Assembly: GCA_951406725.2 (NCBI GenBank)
Contig: OX597838.1
Coordinates: 7,564,001 to 7,628,000 of the forward strand
DNA length: 64,000 bases
DNA from: Octopus vulgaris
Lineage: Eukaryota
Direction: 5' to 3'
Shown: in pieces, positions 56,462 to 64,000 of the stretch
Position numbering within the stretch: position 1 is the stretch's first letter
Layout: every line of letters starts with the position of its first letter
Translations under genes and position numbers: made by a program
Notes under the pieces: model-generated
The model's input: only the letters and a program-made list of their open reading frames with translations
Told to the model about the DNA's origin: nothing
Databases searched by the model: none

Positions 56462-56620
56462 CACTCTTTCCTTCTCTGTGTATGTGTGTGTGTGTGTGTT
56501 TGTGTTGTGTGTGTCATAAAAATCACAAACTTTCGAGTGAACGTTAAATTAATTCTTTCTATGCGACAAGGGATCTCGAAGTACATACATATATAAATTA
56601 TAGCTTGTAAGTACTTAAAG

Positions 56621-56669
<49 letters not shown>

Positions 56670-56761
56670 CATAAGGGTAGAATTTGATATTAATCAATTA
56701 AAACCACTGGCTTAGCATATTTTAAAAAGTCCGAAGATTAAAAAAATTTTTACATACAATT

Positions 56762-56792
<31 letters not shown>

Positions 56793-57526
56793 TTGTATGT
56801 ATGTATAAATATATATATATATGTATGTGTGTGTATATTTATGTATGCATATGTATATATTTAATCAGCCGCCACATACATGCATATAGAATTACGAATC
56901 ATAATGATACATACATACATACACGCGCATGCGTGCATGTGCACGAGTATAACGTCGAATATTTATACATTGAAAATGCATCAAAACAAATGACCTATAT
57001 ATAATTTGCAGATACTGCAGATAATGGCATACAATACATGGTCCTAATGCGTATGCAACAACACACATCCTGTGTACATATAGCCGCTTATGACCGCAAC
57101 AATACATCTATAGATATACCACTAATGTACGTTGCTGTTACGAGCGGAATTATATTGAATTTGTTGGTAATTATTATTTATTATGTTCCTTAATTGAAAC
57201 CGTTCTAAGAGATGTTATCGAATAGGTTTGGCAGCATAATCAATGTTTAATAACTGGTGACTAATGTGATATGTGAGGCTTCAACTTATTGCTCCTTCTT
57301 ATTAGATTGGTTCCGGAAGGTGCACATATGTAAATAGAAATTTATGGGACGGCATTTTAAAGAGATGCATTTATTTAGACCACCGCACTCGCACACACGC
57401 ATACACACACACGGCCACAGACACACACGCACAAACATCTACGCTGACGCTGAGAAACATGTTACACACGCGGTCATAAACTTGCACTTAAATATATATG
57501 CCTGCATATTATATATACATGCACAC

Positions 57527-57559
<33 letters not shown>

Positions 57560-58169
57560 TAGAGAGATTTGTGCGTATGTGTATATGTATCTATACATAT
57601 ATATACTTATGCTGTGTATCTATGTACGTATGTATGTTCGTATGTATGGTGTAGAAGTCGGCGAGCTGTCAAAGGCATCACATGGCGGACAAAATGCTAG
57701 GCAGCATTTCTTCCGGCTTTTAAATTCTGAGTTCATATCACGACGAGTTCCACTTTGCTTTTCTACACTTCTGGATCGAAAAAATAAATTACCAGTCACG
57801 TACCAGGATCCATTATATTCGACTTTTCCTCTACCTTGATACACGGGAGCGAACCTGCATCACTTTCAGGGAACATTTTTTGATCTTGGTTACTTTTAAA
57901 TTATAGGAACATAGTAACCGGGACAACGTTTCTTGGGGTTAAAGATAATATGTCTGTTATTCATTACATATAAGTGCATACGTGAGCACTTTTATAGGTC
58001 CTCTTGGTTGCGGAAATAATGCAAGTAAATAAGAAATGCTACAGGTCAATGTTTCGTACTTTGCCTTGTCCGTTAATATTTCACGTCGAGGACGCTTCTT
58101 CAAGAAATCCTCGGAGACATGGTTTTTGTGAGCTAAAGTCTTTCACTTGTAATGTTTGCATATCAAATA

Positions 58170-58580
58170 GCGGCGAGCTGGCAGAAACGTTAGCACGCCG
58201 GGCGAAATACGTAGCCGTATTTCGTCTGCCGTTACGTTCTGAGTTCAAATTCCGCTGAGGTTGACTTTGCCTTTCATCCTTTCGGGGTCGATTAAATATG
58301 CACCAATCACGCACTGGGGGTCGATATAATCGACTTAATCCGTTTGTCTGTCCTGGTTTGTCCTCTCTGTGTTTAGCACCTTGCGGGTAGTAAAGAAATA
58401 GGCATTTCGTCTGCCGCTACATTCTGAGTTCAAATTCGGCCGAGGTCAACTTTGCCATTCATCCTTTCGCTGTCGACTAAATAAGTATCAGTTACGTACT
58501 GGGGTCGATGTAAACGATTTAAACTCTTTGTCTATCCTTGTATGTCCCCTCTATATTTAGCCCCACCTTGGGGACAGAAA
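58170..58580 (+). mobile_element. SINE with a duplicated body (dimer)
   Basis: Head ggcgagctggcag, then two units joined at aaataggcatttcgtc. Confidence 0.88.
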
Positions 58581-58732
58581 AGAAATATATATATATACAT
58601 GCATGTGTGTGTGTCTGTGTGTGCATGTGTGAGTGCGTGTTTGAGTGTATGTGTGTAGGTATAAATGGATATGTACATATGGACACACTTATCCATTTAC
58701 AAACGTGCACGCATACACACGGGCACACACAC

Positions 58733-58769
<37 letters not shown>

Positions 58770-58807
58770 TATACATATATTTATATATATGTATCGACAG
58801 ATAGATT

Positions 58808-58861
<54 letters not shown>

Positions 58862-58911
58862 CAGAATGACACACAGAGAGACGGATAGATAAATGGATAG
58901 ATAGATAGATG

Positions 58912-58953
<42 letters not shown>

Positions 58954-58954
58954 C

Positions 58955-59069
<115 letters not shown>

Positions 59070-59675
59070 CAGACAGACAAAGAGAAGAGACGGCAGAGAC
59101 ACCGAACGAGATATATAGACACATAGAGAATATGTGTATGCATGTGCAAGTATATACGTCTGCTTCTGCTTGTGCCTATGCTTGCATGTGTGCAGTGTGC
59201 ATACGCATGCGTGTGTGAGTGTGTGTATGCATAAATCTCTTTACCGTTATACGTTGAATGATTTATATAGTCGCATGTGTTGTATATCCTTATTTAATCA
59301 ATACAGAATTCCTATTGAATTTATGTTCCTGCGTATATTTTTTTCTTTTACGTTCCTTAATATTTTTCACTCCCATTTCATATAAATTTTAATTATATTA
59401 ATAATTAAAATTATTATCCAACTCATTAAATCTAATTTCAAATAATTACAGAAACAAATAGAACATAATTAGTATGACCCCCCCAAACTCGATCGAAGAC
59501 AAGATTCTAGCAAATTCTGCCCAGATATTTACGTAGATTTATGAGTTTGTTCACGTGCATTCAGGTGTGTATGTGCTTGCGTGTTTTTGAGGCAAGTGCA
59601 CACGCAGCGAGCACGCAGGCACGTGCACACACATACGCATGCCGACAGAGGCGTGTGTGTATATATATTATATTC

Positions 59676-59720
<45 letters not shown>

Positions 59721-59957
59721 ATATATATATAAATTTATATATATACATATATCTACATACATACGTACATATATATATATAGGTATATATATAGATTTAT
59801 ATGTGTGTGTGTGTGCACGTGTATGTATGTCGGGGTTACAGATGTATGAATATGTGTGTATTGAAAATCTACCTATCTGCCTATTTACTTATCGATCTAT
59901 GCATATACTACCACATACACACACACACATATATATATAAACATGTATCTACATATA

Positions 59958-60019
<62 letters not shown>

Positions 60020-60051
60020 TGCGAATACTTTTATTTATACATTTATTAAAA

Positions 60052-60083
<32 letters not shown>

Positions 60084-60294
60084 CATGTGCGTGGTGTGTA
60101 TAAATACATATGCGTATGTAACGTATATAATATATATATTTATAAATAAATGCATATAAATCACTATATATGTGTGTGTGTGCATATATAATATATATAC
60201 ATCTATATATAATCTGTGCTTATGTTTATGATACAAATATATATATATATATATACAGATTTGCATATACAATAACTAGTACTTATACACACGT

Positions 60295-60343
<49 letters not shown>

Positions 60344-60771
60344 TAGTCTGTGTGTGTGCTTGCGTGTATATATATGTGATGCATATTTGCATACACACGT
60401 AACTGTTGTGCTTTATGTTTTTGCATAATAGTACGGACGATGTCTTTTATTATTGTTTCCTTGATTTTGAGCAAAATTCCTCACTTCGACCAGGCTGAAG
60501 TTACTGAAATCTAAAGAGATACGGAATTAACCAACTGTCATAACGATTCATTACCGTCTTTTTATAATATTAATTATTGCACTATTTTGCTGTCAAATAC
60601 ATATATATGTAAATATGCATACATACCAATATATATAATACACACATACATACATACATACATACATACATACATACATACATACATACATACATACATT
60701 TATATATATGTATAAATATATGTGAGTGTAGATGCATATATGCATATCTTTCTCTCACTCTTTCTCTCTCT

Positions 60772-60817
<46 letters not shown>

Positions 60818-61977
60818 ATAAATATATTTTCATATACATGCATATACATACATATATATGTGCATGTGTGTATGTGTTTACATCTCTATATTCATATGAA
60901 TGCACATACATATATACACATATATATACATATACATACATATATATAGGTATATGTATTTATATATATATATATATGTGTATATATGTATTTATGTATA
61001 TATATATATATATATATATATTGTGTATGTATATATGCACACATCTACTTTGCGTCTGTAATAATTGTTGGCTTTTGCTTTTATCTTAGAACAGGATTTT
61101 GTTTTTCGCTGCTTTGTGTTTGTTTTTTTAATTAAGTAATTAATTAATCTTTTTTTGTTTCGGTTTTTGTTAATTGATATGAAACTAAATAAATCACGAA
61201 CGTAACTAATTCCGTAGTTCCTTCTGACAACGGAGCAGCATTATTTTTCCTGAAAATAGTAAGCTATAATGAAATTATTGATTAAGAATACACAGGGCTG
61301 GAATAGACAATTTGTCTTTGGGTGATGAGGGTAAGACGAGGGGTTTTTTAAAAAATAGTTAATTTATGAGGTGATTTGGAGTGCTAAGATATATTTTAAA
61401 ATATGAAAGCTAAATTTGATTAGGATTCGAACGCGGACCTTGTATATAAGCCGAGAGATATTCTTACTAAGTATAACTGTGTAGTCGAGAAAATCGCTTT
61501 ACGCACCAGTGGTTTCAGGTGCCATTCCATTGCGTCACACATTGGTCATGTATGCATATGTGTATGCGTGTGTGACTGCGTGTGTGTGTATGTGTGTGTG
61601 TTTGTGTCTGTATACCATGGAATCGGGTGCCTGTAAAAGCTCTTCCACCTTTACCAGCAAGATATCTTTCTGGGAAAGGGTTTCGAGTCTTGTTACGATC
61701 AAGACTAAAGCAAGGGACAGCTAGATTCCCCAACATGACTTGCGTTGTGCTCTAACAATCAACATGGAGCCTAACACAGAGGATCTCACTCACAAAATAA
61801 AGCAGTTCCACTGTAGCCTGTGAGAAAACATTTTTGGCTTTATGACTTGAATACCAAATCTGGTAATATAATTAGCCTCATTTTCATGAAACTTTTTTTC
61901 AATTGCTCCCATTTAAAGGTTATTGGAAATCCTTGTGTGCTAGTAATAAAAAAAATTATTTATTCAATAAACTATGT

Positions 61978-62287
61978 TCTTGTTGATTGTTCCTTCTCGA
62001 GCCATGTCTGGTTCATGAGGGCCGGTTTTCCGGTTCCATTGGCGTATACGTTCCCCACCTTGGCGGGACGTAAGTCTGTCACATGTGAGCTGCTAGATGC
62101 AGGAGAAAAGAGTGAGACAAAGGTGTGGCGAAGGAATCAACAGAAATTCGCCATAACCTTCTCTCGGAGCAGCATGGAGCTTAGGTGTTTTGCTCGTAAT
62201 CACACACATCGCCCGGTCTGAGATTCGAACCCGCGATCCCTCAACTGCGAGTCCGCTGCTCTAGCCACGAGTTCAAGTACCTCCAAT
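61978..62287 (-). mobile_element. tRNA-Arg-like SINE, fourth tail variant (RTE-like end)
   Basis: Degenerate head and body; tail ...catggctcgagaaggaacaatcaacaa. Confidence 0.75.
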
Positions 62288-63459
62288 AAATCTATATACA
62301 ATCATTAATAAGTAGAACGTATCAAAATCATTGGTAATTAGCACTACATTTCCGTACATTCATTTAGTTTCACAGTGGCAGGCTAATATTGTATTTAAGG
62401 TCAGACCAAACATGTTTGGGAACCACGAAAATAAACCCTCTTCTGAATTTTGAGAAAGCCAGACTTGTCAAGAACTAAATCAATGAACTTCTAATAACTA
62501 TACAAGAACCCTAGACAATATTATAAAAAACATTCTCAGATGAGTTTCATATTATTTCTGTTAATTACTGTGGATCACATTATCAATCGCTTGCTCTCAA
62601 TTTAATATTGCAACACTAAGGCGGTAATATGGCAGTATCGTTAGCGCTCGGCACTTCGTCCTTCACGTTCTAAGTTCATATTCCGCCAAGGTCGACTTTA
62701 CATTTCATCGTTTCTAGATTGAGGAAATACGTACCAGCGGGACGCTGGGATCTGTGTAATGTAATGGGTTTAACACCTCACCTGAACCAGCTGACCTTGG
62801 GCCAAGATTTGAAATCAATATTGTAATGTTAACGCAAGAAATCATATAATAACTCCTATGTTTATTTTTTATTGCTCACAGGGGGATAAACATAGAGGGG
62901 AAAAACAAGGACAGGCAAATATTTTAAGTCCATTATATCGACCCCGGTGCGTAACTAGTACTGATTTAATCGACCCTGAATGGATGAAAGTCGACCTCGG
63001 GGGATTTTTGAACTCAGAACGTAACAGCAGACCAAACACCGCTAAGCATTTCGCCCGGCGTGCTAACGAGATTCTGCGAGCTCACTGCCCTACTATATTA
63101 TATTATCCCTGATCCAGATATGTATGCTTTGATAATTGGTTAATATTATGTTCATTAAATAATTAAACACAAAATTGATATTTTTACATCTATCCTATCA
63201 TTATACAGTGATGTAGAATCATGAAAGGCGTATTTCGTTCTTCAGATCAGAAAAGGGACACTTAAAATATATCCAGAATGGGCAGTGTTAGCATTTCTCC
63301 ATCGATTCATCTTAGTGTCTTGTTCAGATCCGATTATTTTCTTAACTGACTGAGAAAAATGAGAAGCAAATTTTTATATGCATGCATTAACCATGTATAC
63401 AAACAAATATTTAACATAAGTTTTACCCATCATGCAACTCTACATTGCTGAACGTGAAT

Positions 63460-64000
63460 CAAAGGAACCGACGAAAATTTAGCGTCGTTCACATTTGGCA
63501 GAAGTAAGTTTCACAGGCGATAGCATATCCTTAACAAAGTCCTGTATGGTGAACTGCATACACCCAAGAAACTCCTCCTTATCAGGCTTTATTCAATGCA
63601 GATGAAATCGGCATTTTTCTGGGAAAGAACTGTATTTAGCATCTTTGATCTCCCACAAAGAAAGAAACCGCTTCTCGGTTGAACGACGAGAAAACCATGC
63701 ATGGCCATTTCTCGATTTTAGAGACATCAAGCAGAAAAAGAAGATAATGCTCATTCATCATTGAAGCATAACATGACAAATGAGAAATATCGAAAATTTA
63801 TCGCTTTCTGATTTGAATGCACAATACAGGATGAGCTGAAACAAAATTTAAATCCATTGTTACAGGAGTAACTTGCTGTGGTGGCTACAATGAGTAAAAG
63901 CGATGTTGTAATAAGACTAGTGCTGATATGTTTTAAATGTTGTGAGAAAAAGATATTTTTTATTAATGATTACTGAGAAGAAACAGTGATTGGCTAATAC
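63460..64000 (+). mobile_element. pogo/Tigger transposase remnant
   Basis: FNADEIG..W (63591-63625, frameshifted) matches FNADETGLFW. Confidence 0.7.

Overview
AT-rich, microsatellite-saturated eukaryotic DNA. The SINE families and (AT)n/(GATA)n density point to a coleoid cephalopod, probably Octopus; this is inferred from remembered repeat families. Most long ORFs in the track are microsatellite artefacts. Reading splice signals on the minus strand gives a small spliced gene that the track misses: exons 14667-14583, 10567-10483, 9510-9484 and 8180-8121. It encodes a six-Cys, His-rich domain with a GPI-signal-like C-terminus. Two diverged duplicates of its 3' microexon plus terminal-exon cassette lie downstream, and an exon of a paralogue sits at the left edge (120-30). 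The rest is a dense mix of tRNA-derived SINEs (several with swapped 3' tails or tandem internal multimers), LINE fragments (CR1/L2, R4/Dong, RTE), Penelope-like remnants with minimal hammerhead-ribozyme motifs, Tc1/mariner and pogo remnants, a Helitron end and a fold-back inverted repeat. One tRNA-headed SINE family carries a hammerhead motif in its tail. The gene's 5' end and the candidate exons beyond 30 kb are unresolved. Repeat boundaries are approximate.
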